A stretch of DNA of 64,000 nt from Macrostomum lignano (GCA_002269645.1 NIVC01001920.1:129673-193672), one strand, 5' to 3'; positions 46,701-58,463 are shown, counted from the first letter of the stretch. The notes: generated from the letters alone by a model not told the origin. Numbers and translations are program-made.

Positions 46701-49700
46701 GGCGGCCCAGCAACTGAGAATCTTACACCAGGAATGGTTGACACCATTGGATAGAAGAGTCAATACAAATGAAACCGTACAGTTGAAGGCTGTACAGCTG
46801 CTCATCATATTCTACGCAATAATGTCTAGTCATGACGTCATAAAATAAGCAATTAAAGCTCAGAAAATCCACAGCGAACAGCGTGTGTCTCACCTTGAGC
46901 TGGCGGAGGCTGACCCGGCTCCGCGGCCTGGGTCCCGGTGGCGGCAGCCGGCTTGGCGGGCTGGTTGGCCAGGGCGGCGGCGAGGCCGGGCATGAGGGTG
47001 GTGGGGTTGGTGATGGCCCGGCCAACGCGGAGCAGCTGGCCGCCCAGGTCGAAATTGTTCATGCTGCCCATGGCGTCAGTGGCGGCTTGGTTCTGAGATT
47101 CAGGCGCGGAAGCAGGGGCGGTGTGCAGCGAATAAAACTGTAGGCTGGCACGTTCGTGGACTGGTCTCTTGGGTCCTTTGGTGGACTGGTCTATTGGGTC
47201 CTTTGGTGGACTGGTCCCCTGGGTCCTTTGGTGGACTGGTCTCTTGGGTCCTTTGGTGGACTGGTCCCCTGGGTCCTTTGGTGGACTGGTCTCTTGGGTC
47301 CTTTGGTGGACTGGTCCCCTGGGTCCTTTGGTGGACTGGTCTCTTGGGTCCTTTGGTGGACTGGTCCCCTGGGTCCTTTGGTGGACTGGTCCCCTGGGTC
47401 CTTTGGTGGACTGGTCTCTTGGGTCCTTTGGTGGACTGGTCCCCTGGGTCCTTTGGTGGACTGGTCCCCTGGGTCCTTTGGTGGACTGGTCTCTTGGGTC
47501 CTTTGGTGGACTGGTCTCTTGGGTCCTTCGGTGGACTGGTCTCTTGGGTCCTTTGGTGGACTGGTCTATTGGGTCCTTTGGTGGACTGGCCTCTGGGTCC
47601 TTTGGTGGACTGGTCTATTGGGTCCTTTGGTGGACTGGTCTCTTGGGTCCTTTGGTGGACTGGTCTCTTGGGTGCTTCGGTGGACTGGTCTCTTGGGTCC
47701 TTTGGTGGACTGGTCTATTGGGTCCTTTGGTGGACTGGTCTCTTGGGTCCTTTGGTGGACTGGTCTATTGGGTCCTTTGGTGGACTGGTCTCTTGGGTCC
47801 TTTGGTGGACTGGTCTCTTGGGTCCTTTGGTGGACTGGTCTATTGGGTCCTTCGGTGGACTGGTCTATTGGGTCCTTCGGTGGAATGGTCCCCTGGGTCC
47901 TTTGGTGGACTGGTCCCCTGGGTCCTTTGGTGGACTGGTCTCTTGGATCCTTCGGTGGAATGGTCCCTTGGGTCCTTTGGTGGACTGGTCCCTGGGTCCT
48001 TTGGTGGACTGGTCCCCTGGATCCTTCGGTGGATTGGTCTCTTGGATCCTTCGGTGGAATGGTCCCCTGGGTCCTTTGGTGGACTGGTCTCTTGGATCCT
48101 TCGGTGGAATGGTCCCCTGGGTCCTCTGGTGAACTGGTCTCTTGGGTCCTTTGGTGGACTGGTCTCTTGGATCCTTCGGTGGAATGGTCCCCTGGGTCCT
48201 CTGGTGAACTGGTCTCTTGGGTCCTTTGGTGGACTGGTCTATTGGGTCCTTCGGTGGAATGGTCTATTGGGTCCTTTGGTGGACTGGTCTCTTGGGTCCT
48301 TTGGTGGACTGTTCTATTGGGTCCTTTGGTGGACTGGTCTATTGGGTCCTTTGGTGGACTGGTCTCTTGGGTCCTTTGGTGGACTGGTCTCTTGGGTCCT
48401 TTGGTGGACTGGTCTATTGGGTCCTTTGGTGGAATGGTCTCTTGGATCCTTCGGTGGAATGGTCCCCTGGGTCCTTTGGTGGACTGGTCTCTTGGATCCT
48501 TCGGTGGAATGGTCCCCTGGGTCCTCTGGTGAACTGGTCTCTTGGGTCCTTTGGTGGACTGGTCTCTTGGATCCTTCGGTGGAATGGTCCCCTGGGTCCT
48601 CTGGTGAACTGGTCTCTTGGGTCCTTTGGTGGACTGGTCTCTTGGATCCTTCGGTGGAATGGTCTATTGGGTCCTCTGGTGAACTGGTCTCTTGGGTCCT
48701 TCGGTGGAATGGTCCCCTGGGTCCTCTGGTGAACTGGTCTCTTGGGTCCTTTGGTGGACTGGTCTCTTGGATCCTTCGGTGGAATGGTCCCCTGGGTCCT
48801 TTGGTGGACTGGTCTCTTGAATCCTTCGGTGGAATGGTCCCCTGGGTCCTTTGGTGGACTGGTCTCTTGGATCCTTCGGTGGAATGGTCCCCTGGGTCCT
48901 CTGGTGAACTGGTCTCTTGGGTCCTTTGGTGGACTGGTCTGTTGGGTCCTTCGGTGGAATGGTCCCCTGGGTCCTCTGGTGAACTGGTCTCTTGGGTCCT
49001 TTGGTGGACTGGTCTCTTGGATCCTTCGGTGGAATGGTCCCCTGGGTCCTCTGGTGAACTGGTCTCTTGGGTCCTTCGGTGGAATGGTCCCCTGGGTCCT
49101 CTGGTGAACTGGTCTCTTGGGTCCTTTGGTGGACTGGTCTCTTGGATCCTTCGGTGGAATGGTCCCCTGGGTCCTCTGGTGAACTGGTCTCTTGGGTCCT
49201 TTGGTGGACTTGTCCCCTGGTCCTTTGGTGGACTGGTCCCTTGGTTCATGTTAACCTAGTCCACTTGCCGCCCCCCACCCAATGACCCACCCACCCAATC
49301 ACCCAATGACCATTGAGGTCTTCTAATAACTTTTTTAAGACAGGCCGCTCAAAGTGCATAGCAACAGACTAAAGCTCTCACCGTCTCATACTGGATGTAG
49401 CCATAGCCCCTGTGCCGCTCCGGCCTCTTGGGGTCGGGCACCAGCGCACAGTACTTGACCGGGCCGAATGCCTCGAACACGGACCGAAGCTCGCTCTCGG
49501 TGAGATCCATGTGCACATTGCACACGTACACAGTGGATTGAAGGCCGCCTTGTTGCACGAGATCTTCAACTAGCTGGGCAGGCTGGGGCACGTTGCTGGG
49601 CCGGCTGACCCGCAAGGTTCGGCCTGTTAGCACCACGCCGTTCATGCTGTCTATGGCCAGGGTCGCCGCCTCGGGCAGGTCGTACTCCACGAAGGCGAAT

Positions 49701-50596
49701 CCCTTGTGCCGTTGCTGCACGGGGTCCCAGCCGACGTCCAGGCTGCGCATCGGGCCGAACGGCATGAAGGCGCGGCGGAGGGCCTCCTCGTTGGCGTCCG
49801 AGCCGATGCCGCCGACGTATACGCGACTGAGCAGCAGCTGGGCCTGCGCTCTGCGGGAGGTGGCGACATGGGATTCAGGGAGCGGTCAGAGAGGATCTTA
49901 GGCTGGGTCAGAGATGATCTTAGGGTGGGTCAGAGATGATCTTAGGGTGGGTCAGAGACGATCTTAGGGTGGGTCAAAGAGGATCTTAGGGTGGGTCAGA
50001 GACGATCTTAGGGTGGGTCAAAGAGGATCTTAGGGTGGGTCAGAGAGGATCTTAGGGTGGGTCAGAGAGGATCTTAGGGTGGGTCAGAGAAGATCTTAGA
50101 GTGGGTCAGAGAGAATCTTAGGGTGGGTAAGAGAGAATCTTCTCTCTGGGTCAGAGAGGATCATGGGGTGCTGGGTGCCTGTGAGTCAGTGAGGATAATG
50201 CTAAATGAAGTGGGTCAGCAAGGATAATTGGGGTAATGAGTCAGAAAGCCATAAATACAATTTGATGTCTGTAAATATTTTTATGTTGATGAGGACACAG
50301 AAAAATTTATACCTTCTCATATTAAGCATCTGCTGGTCCTGGTTATGCTGCGACTGCTTCTGCAAAGCCCGTTGAATGCTGAGCTCCAAAGCGAACCTTT
50401 TGGCGGCCTCCAGCCGGACGGCCTCGTCTCCAGTTGGCCGCTGCACAATGGCGCAGGGCCGGTGCCGCCTGCCGCAGCCAGAGCCGCGGCCCAGCAGAGT
50501 TTTCTGCTCCCACTGGTTGTGCAGGGCGTTGGTGGCTGGCAGGCCGTTGCTGGTCAGCAGGCTGTCTATGGCTGACCTGGCCGGCCGGTCGGCCAT
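43788..50596 (-). CDS. PUF60: Poly(U)-binding splicing factor PUF60 / half-pint, 4 exons (50596-50313, 49850-49382, 47092-46894, 44206-43788), ~456 aa
   Basis: RRM1 'SRVYVGGIG...AFMPFGPMRSLDVGWDPVQQRHKGFAFVEYDLPEAA'. RRM2 'VYVCNVHMDLTESELRSVFEAFGPV...HRGYGYIQYE|NQ...MNNFDLGGQLLRVGRAIT'. C-terminal UHM 'VVTLRNLV...EDVTEECAKFGTV...RYFGGRRV.ADFYD'. Phases 2, 0, 1 are consistent and the total of 1371 nt is in frame. Confidence 0.93.
44489..44860. repeat. ~45-46-bp minisatellite (CCTGACTGCTCAACTACACATGTACATGATGTACCTCCGTGGTTCT) in PUF60 intron 3
   Basis: About 8 copies. Confidence 0.92.
45495..46722. repeat. ~25-bp minisatellite (CCCAGCAACTGAGGATCTGGGAGGG[C]) in PUF60 intron 3
   Basis: About 47 copies; includes an internal 367-bp higher-order duplication. 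Confidence 0.95.
47156..49245. repeat. 25-bp minisatellite (CTGGTCTCTTGGGTCCTTTGGTGGA)n in PUF60 intron 2
   Basis: About 83 copies; source of the spurious Trp/Gly-rich ORFs. Confidence 0.97.
49882..50160. repeat. 22-bp minisatellite (GGGTGGGTCAGAGAGGATCTTA) in PUF60 intron 1
   Basis: About 12 copies. Confidence 0.92.
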
Positions 50597-51645
50597 CACC
50601 CGGACTCGGTAATTATCCACCTGCTGCGGAGGCAATCAGCGTTGGCAGATCATACATTAATATACTGGCATGTGGTATAAATAGGATAAAAACATAAAAG
50701 ACCTGCCAACTAGAGCTTCTAGTTGAAACTGCAATAGCAGGCTTAAAGTGCACAAGCAAAAAAAATGAGCAAACTAATGGCTAATATTTTGACTTTCATT
50801 TGCATAAAACAAAGTCATCATAAGCCTATGCCAAGAGCCTCTTAAGAATTTGTCTGAAGATGCAAAGCTTTCTAGACTTGCAAGACAAAAAGAATGTCAA
50901 AATGAATGGAAATTTGAGTCATAATAAGTCTGCTCTAAAAACCTGAAAATTGGTTTGAAATACTAAGCAAAACTTGAGCAGAACAATTGCATTTGAAGCA
51001 AATTTTAAGATTGCAAAAGTAATCAATTATCTTTACATATACTACAATTAAGAGATAATAGATATATAATCTGCAATTCTGCCAACTCTGCCATCTCTAT
51101 TTAAAATTGGCACATTTATCTTTTTCCTTAATTGTACTTTGATACAGTTGACACAATTATGAAAAATAGTATATTATTATGCCAAACAGAACAAATGATA
51201 GTTGTAAAATAGATTATAATTATGCTACAACTAGGTCAAAATATTCAATAAAGTTCATTTTTGTTACTAATCAACAAATATTTTTTCAATTTTTTTCTAT
51301 GTTTTTATGTGCAATTTGATATAGTTAAGGGACAATTATTATATGATAGGACCCTATTTCAATCAATATATTTAGTACAGAACAGACTTCTTTCTATTAT
51401 GTATTTATTTCTATACAACAAGGCTATTAGCAAACTATTTGTTAGGAACAATGCTAAGGCAAATCAAGATTTTTTTGTATAATAATTAAGTTTTTTTTTC
51501 AAGGGTATCCTGAAAATCATATTATGTGATAGTTGCAAGTGCTGGCTGCTCTCTTAGTATGTTTATTTGCTTTTGTAGATTGACATCAGCTAGCAAAGAA
51601 ACTACAAAAGAAAGGAACTGCAAAGGATTCTGAAAAGTCAGCTGC

Positions 51646-52622
51646 CTATAGTCCGGATCATGCTAGGTACACACTCGAACAAAAATTAAATAATTACAAA
51701 TGCACGCAAAAAATGTTGTGCATGCCCATTCTCAAAAATATGCCGGTGTTTGCAACAATAAATGACCTTTTTTATGTTGTGACAATACAATACCTTTTTT
51801 AAATTGCATAAAAGACCCTTATTATTAGATAATTTGGTTGCTTTTTATGCTTTTTTGGTGATACTATTTATAGCGGAAAATTTAAACACACAAAGACCAT
51901 AGTCAGGATCATGTCATGGTATACACTGGAATAAAAAGTCCCCTAAAAATCTATGCCATTTCATACTGAAATGTATGCCAAGGTTCTAGGAACTTACGCC
52001 AGGTTTTCTAGGCTTTGCGGCAATAAATGACCTTTTTTGCATTACACGGTTTAAAATTTTTTTTATAAATTATTTAACAAATGTGTGGTTTTCATTTAAA
52101 GTAAACTTTCATCTTACAAGTTTTATGGTTTTTATGATTTTATAATAAGATTCTGAGGTTATGGCATTATACCAAAAATTGTTAATATTAACTTTGGCGT
52201 GAAGGTTGGAGTTGGCGTAGGCTGCTTGGCGTATTTACGCCATGGCGTCACGCCAAAAGGTATGCCAAATATATTTTGCCTCATTTTTTATGCCAATTGT
52301 ATGCCAAAAAAAGTAAAATTTTCAATTATACGCCAGAAATTTCTGACGTAATGTACATCATCCTGACTATGGCACAAAGATTTGTTTAAATGCTCTTTTA
52401 CAAGCTTGAAAAAATTGGAAAGCTTGAAATTTGCACTTAAAAATTAATTTTTTTCATCTTTCACAATGACTCTTATGCATGATTCTATAAAGTGCATACT
52501 AGATATGCACATATACTATTCTCTCAGGAGTGATGCACACCAACTGTGCATACCTAATTTTGGCATGCAAGGCCAATGCATACCTGAATTTTTAGGCACA
52601 TACTACATGATCCGGAGTGTGG
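51646..52622. mobile_element. MITE with 8-bp TSD (outer element of a nested pair)
   Basis: Imperfect 17-bp TIR CTATAGTCCGGATCATG / CATGATCCGGAGTGTGG; TSD TCAGCTGC at 51638-51645 and 52623-52630. Confidence 0.8.
51897..52372. mobile_element. 476-bp MITE with 8-bp TSD, nested in a related MITE
   Basis: TIR CCATAGTCAGGATCATG / CATCATCCTGACTATGG; TSD CACAAAGA at 51889-51896 and 52373-52380. Confidence 0.88.
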
Positions 52623-53327
52623 TCAGCTGCATGAATAGGCCTACCCAAGAATTATAGGCCTAAAACTATGATATTGATAAGGTTGATAAAAGCAATTTTA
52701 AATAGATGTTGAGGATAGCTATATTACCTATAAGCCAAGGAGGAAAATTGTGATAAGATGAAAAACACTGAAACATGGCACTCTAGATTGTGCTTGGTGC
52801 ATAAAAACATAAAAACAGGATATAATTCTTCTAATAACCATATAACATAAATAAAACTTCTATACTATACATTATAGAATATGATAGAAAGCAGAGAAAG
52901 ATAAAAAACAACTCATTAAAAAAGCACTCAAGACCAGGATAGAATCTTTGCATTGCATGGCAATTTTGGAATTGAAACTTGTAAAAAGATTAGGCCCTAG
53001 ACTAGCCTAACTATAGGCCTTACCAGCAACTTTTCTACTTTCAAATGGAGTCAACTTGTCTACAAGTTGACAAGTTGGTAGCAGGCAAAGTGATTGGAAT
53101 CCTTCTGAGTTCTGATAGGCCAATGCAATTGCATACTTTAACTTTGTCTTGTCATGTAGTAGGCTAGATGGGGAAAAAGCTTAAAAAATCTCCCATCTAG
53201 CCTAGAAAAAGCTCATCTATTGAGCTTTTTCTTATAGACTAGTCCGACACCCGAAGGCAGTAGGCTAGATGGGAAAAAAGCTTAAAAAATCTCCATCTAA
53301 TGTTTTGAGGGTTGACTTAGTCTTACT

Positions 53328-54791
53328 GGTTCCTGGACACTTCGTCATCTTACTACTTCATCATCCACTTATAAGGCTTATTTCTAGACACTTTGTCATC
53401 TTACCATTTTGTTATCTATGATTCTATTGTGGAAACATCATCATCTAATCCCTGGACACTTTGTCATCCACTTTGTCTGAAAAACTTATTGAATAGCTAT
53501 ATGTAACTTTGTCCACTAAGTTCTATCAAATAGCCTAGTCATAAATATAGGTGGTTACACTGGGGATTAACTAACTGATAATTAATGAGGATTAACTACA
53601 ATGAGGGAAGAGCTGGAAAAGAGAAGGGATCGCGATCAGTACAAAATTGAATTCTACTTGCAGTTTGAATACCATGGCATACAATATCTTGGAATTATAT
53701 AGTAAAACAAAAATAATTAAAAATTATAAATATGCATACCTAAATAGCAAAATTAAATATAACTTAAAAAATAGTACTGTGGTAAAGTTTCATGTCTGAG
53801 AAAAAGTAAAATTAAGAAGGTGAGCGCTATCATTTTTTATGTGACATGTTTTGCCTTACGTCAGGCATTGTCAGGCTCTTAAAATTAGTAACGATTTATT
53901 TGTTCATTATTATTTAACAATTAAGACTAAGAACTGGTCAATAAAGAGTCCTTACCTTAGAGTATTCTAGGTGTACACTTGTGCTCATCTCACACTCTCT
54001 CTCTCTCTCTCCCCTCATTGCAACTCTGAGCGCTCCATCGGACTGTACAATCTACTATTAATTTATATACATTTCTGTTTTTATCGACCCGTTCTTAGTC
54101 TTAATTGTTAAATATTAATAAGCAAATAAATCATTACTAATTTTAAGAGCCTGACGATGCCTGATGCGAGGCAAAACATGTTGCATAAAAAATGATAGCG
54201 CTGAGAACTTTCTTAGTTTAACTTAAAAATACATAATAATAAATACACAAAAATACACTATTCATAAACATAATTAAATCTACATCGTTACAACTCCACG
54301 ACAAGGACGACTAAGTCGTCCTTGCTCCACGCATTGTTGTGGAAGCGAAGCTATAATAAAATTAGGTTATCTTCAAGTTTCGTTCGTTTAATTCCAACAC
54401 CCACCCCCACCACCCTTGAATAGAGGGCGAAATAATTCCGGAAATAATTAAACGAACGAAACTTGAAGATTGCCTAAAATTACAATGAACACTTGTACAC
54501 ATACAGCGTGCATTTAGATGCCAATTATAGCGAGAAGTTGAATTCCTAAGCATGTATTTAATCCTATATTTTACAGACTATTGATTGAGAAACAATTTAC
54601 ATGTATAAAAAAACAATCGAATAACTATTTTACAGCTTCGCGAAATCTTGGGATGACGAAGTGTCCTCAAAATTTGGTCACTTTGTTATCTAGATTTCTA
54701 AAAAAATTTTTGTATGACGAAGCGTCCAAAAACCATGGTCACTTTGTCATCTGGATGACGAACTGGTAAGATGACGAAGTGTCCAGGAACC
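53328..54791. mobile_element. 1464-bp non-autonomous TIR element (GG-start TIR, 8-bp TSD; Merlin/Mutator-like)
   Basis: Perfect 26-bp TIR GGTTCCTGGACACTTCGTCATCTTAC (53328-53353 / 54766-54791); TSD GTCTTACT at 53320-53327 and 54792-54799; no transposase ORF. Confidence 0.88.
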
Positions 54792-55960
54792 GTCTTACTT
54801 AAGTAGTAAGTTAGCGGTTTAGCCTACCAAAATAATTTTTTAGGAACTTTGGCCAAAGTTTATATGGGATCTGTAAGCTTATTAGTCATATTATAGTTGC
54901 GCAGTTTTCAACTGGTAGCTGTTCTTTTCACCTAACAGACATGAATCTCAAACTGTTAATCATGCTTTAAGAAGAAAGCAGAACACTGCCTTTGTTTATT
55001 TCAAATAAAGTGAATTCGAACAATTATAAAAAGAATCGATTGACACTTTAAATAAAAGTGTAAGCAGCTTAAAGACTAAAACAAAAAGGCACTTTTAAAT
55101 TTAAATAACCCTAGCGTTACACAACTTCTACCAACCAAAACTTTTCTAATTAAAAAATAAACTTTTAACAGTAAAACTAATAGCAATTTTGTTGCGGCTC
55201 TATAGACTCAAATTACCGTTTCAGAAACTTAAACGGTTCAGATTTTTATACTTGATTACACTCTTGACATACGAGTACAATTGCAACTGCTGCGTTTCAC
55301 ACGGTTTTTAAGCAGGGGTACTTATTTTTTGTTTTGGTGCAAAAAAGTTGTACCTAAAACTGCCATTATACCTTGATCATTACTCTTGTGATTAGGGGCG
55401 AGAAAAATGCAGTTTCGTATTAAGCATTGAGTTTTTAATAGGTATTTGAGTTTGAAGCTACTGCCTACTGCATGAGTGAAATAAATTATTTATTACGTTA
55501 TGTTGAATTTGTATTTTATTTTTAATTGATAAGTTTACTGTTTTGCCCTAATGATGCATAAAAATTATAATTTAGTAAACTATCATTTCATTAATTTAAT
55601 TAGTGTAAGTAATTGCAACATTATTGTCGTTTTAAATTATATACCATGGAGTCTAGACTTATGTTTAAATTAGCCTGCATCAGCTTCGTGGTTTTATAAT
55701 AATATTGTATACCGAAATCGTATTGAAAATAAATATTTTCAATGAAATAATGCAATATTAAAAATCGTTCATAATTTTATGAATAAATTTCCCTTCTCAT
55801 TTCACTTTTTAAGAAATAATTAACTTATGGAACCAAAAGAAGTTAAGCCAACTGCCATTTGTTTACTATAATATAACTTCATAAAGACACGTCTCTTGAG
55901 TATGATCACTTCATTTAATATCATTTAATTTCTTTCTAATAAACTAGTCAAGTTTTTTAG

Positions 55961-58463
55961 CAAACTAATGTTACATTCAAGGAGCATCTGACATCACACA
56001 TTGGGCTGTGCGAGCTTCCGCAGCCGGCTCTGGATCTGCTGACACGCCAGCTGGACTGGCGAGACCTCCTCAGCCTGGGTCGCGTTTGTCGCCGCCTCCG
56101 CACTGCTGCCTCGCGCGACTCGCTGTGGTTCGCAATCTGCGCGCGCCGCGGGTGGACAAAATTCGGTCTACCTGGTGCCGAGTCGCTCCTCTCGCCAGCG
56201 GACGCCGACGCCGCTAGTGAAGGTCGCTTTGGTGGCTGTAGCAGCGGGGGTGCTTTTGGCACGTCGCCAGTTTTTCCTGGGCCGTCGAGTGCCGAGGAGG
56301 AGCTGCTTTGGGGCCGGTGGAAGATGGTGTTTCTCAAGGCAAGGTGAGAGGATTTGCTCAACCCAGTCAACTGTCAATATGCCAATCTGGCAAGGTGAGG
56401 TGGCCCCCATTTCTTGCCAACTATTCAAGAGGTTATAACTCAAAGGATTCTGAAAGGAGCCATCAAATCACATGGCTGACGTACATGCCGAGAATTACAC
56501 CGCGTGACAACATAAAAACTGCTAATCTGCTAATTTTACCGTAGACTTGTAGGGCGTCAGTTCCCCAGGAATCCCCAGGCTACAAAGCCAACACCCTTAG
56601 GCCTGGCTTTGTGTCCTGCCACGACTCTTTCGCTTTCGCAACGCGCAGATACTTAAAGAAGAGCTGGTCAACAGGCAGATACTTGGTCTCGCCGCCGTTG
56701 AGGCCTCCAAAATCAGCGAATCCCTCTGGCTGCGACAGCGCCATCAGCGCCTTCGCTTGCAACTCCAGCGTGGCCGTCACCGGCACTGGCGAGGGCCTGC
56801 TTTGCGTGTGGCACTGCCGCAGGGCTCAGCTGATGGCCCTGCGGCTGATGGACGATCCGGTGAGGGCTGGAGCTTCTTGGATGCTGCAAAAATTTAGTCT
56901 AGACTTTATACGAGTACTTCAGGGTTGCGTAGCCCAGTGGTCCAGCGCGGCGCTTTGATGTACCAGCGGCCCAGGCTCGATTCCAAGTGCAGTCACATTA
57001 ATTTGGGGCTAAATTGGAATCCCCACTTGGGTCTGCTCGTGCAAACTAACGGCCTTGAGGGCCAACGACCAAGGCACAGTGGAGTAATGTACAGTACATG
57101 CCTAACGATAAATAAAGTTAGGGCCGCTGTACACTCCTGTGTGAGTGTGTGCGTATGACTGCGTACTTACGCTGCGTACTTATCTGCGCGCTTGTGTGCC
57201 TGCTCAGGAGAGTCGGTGGAATGGGCAGTAATGCCTCTTGCTGGATGTCGTTTAAAGTGCGCCAGGGTGTACACGGACAGCCCCTGCATCCAACCTCTAC
57301 CTACCTGTACGAGTACTTCATTCCGCTGTGTTCCCCGCACAGATCTGCTCCATCTGCATCGGCTCCGCTGGCAGTGGCAGCAGCGGTGGCAGCTGCTTCG
57401 TCTATATTGGCTGCGACAATGGCATCGCGTACGAGATGGAGCTGACTGGTGCAGCTTCGTGTGATAAGGCAGCTTCGGAATGGAATCTACAGCAGCTGAC
57501 GGTGCGCAGGTGCTTTCGCTGCTGCTCCGAGTTCGACAGCGAAGGCGGTCTTGAAGTTCAACTGCTGTGCTTTGTGCGTTGCGAGGACTTTCTGCAGCTG
57601 TCTGGGTCTGGTAAGCAATACTTTGCTACTTACAGTAGCTAGGCAAGATTGAGTGTCATTTTTAGAATATTTTCAAAGATCTGAAAGTGCTCGGGCTTGA
57701 GTTAAACCCATCCCACACAGAGCCCTCACCGGACGCCAGCCTGCTGCAGTCCAACATGCTTATTGCCTACACGAGCAGCGGCAGCCTAAGCTCCTGGCGC
57801 CTCGACACGGGCGCTCGCATCGGCGCCTGTCTGAGCGCAGGGCAGTCAGCTGGAGGCGGCGACTGTGACACCCTGGCTTCCAGCTCCGTCTCGCATCAGC
57901 TGCTGGCTGTGGGCTCCTGGGATTGCGCCGTGCTGCTGTTTGACTGCCTCGCCTGCAGGCAGCTAGCAGCTCTGGCTGGCCACAGGGAGGCTGTGTCCTG
58001 CATCTGGCTGGAGGCATCGACAGGCCGACTGGCCACGGGCAGCCTCGATGGCAGCGTCCGTCTTTGGCGATTCAGCTTTGGCGACGGCCGGTTTTGCAGC
58101 GCAGGCGCGCCGACGATCATGCGGGACTGCCACCCGGAGGTGTACTGCCTGGCCAGCCACGCCCACCTGCTGGCCAGCGGCGGCTCCGACTCCGAAATAC
58201 TCATCAGCGACTGGTCCGGCCAGCAGCTGCACCGTCTCTGCGGTCACGTGGGCGTGGTGCGCAACCTGAGCATGAGCCGCCTGCGGCTGGTGTCCAGCGG
58301 TGACGTGCGCAAAGTGATGGTCTGGGACTACAGGAGAGGCAAGCAGCTCAGCGTGCTACACCGGAACCCAACTCTGGTGCAGTTCATGCACGCCTGCGAC
58401 ACTTTGCTGGTCTTGGCGGCTCCCGGCAAGGCCGGCTGTCTGGTTTGCATCGCCTACTGGTAG
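55961..58463 (+). CDS. F-box/WD40-repeat protein, 4 exons (55961-56343, 56553-56859, 57343-57610, 57721-58463), ~566 aa lacking a genomic initiator ATG before the F-box
   Basis: The open frame from 55961 (absent from the ORF track) encodes F-box 'LCELPQPALDLLTRQLDWRDLLSLGRVCRRLRTAASRDSLWFAICARRGW'. WD40 repeats follow: 'LLAVGSWDCAVLLFD', 'LAGHREAVSCI...LATGSLDGSVRLW', 'LLASGGSDSEILISDW', 'LCGHVGVVR...LVSSGDVRKVMVWD'. GT-AG junctions with phases 2, 0, 1. Confidence 0.85.
56922..57307 (+). mobile_element. tRNA-derived SINE, copy 2, in intron 2 of the F-box/WD40 gene
   Basis: A-box TAGCCCAGTGG and B-box GGCTCGATTCC. Body shared with copy 1 (e.g. AAGTTAGGGCCGCTGTACACTCCT, GGAATGGGCAGTAATGCCTCT). 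13-bp TSD TACGAGTACTTCA at 56909-56921 and 57308-57320. Confidence 0.9.

Noticed and set aside
56339-56569. Possible GC-AG intron (AAG|GCAAGG to CCCCAG|GAA) in the F-box gene
   Set aside because: A canonical GT-AG solution (56344 to 56552, phase 2, with CTAAT branch-like motifs) also keeps the frame, so no non-canonical intron is needed.
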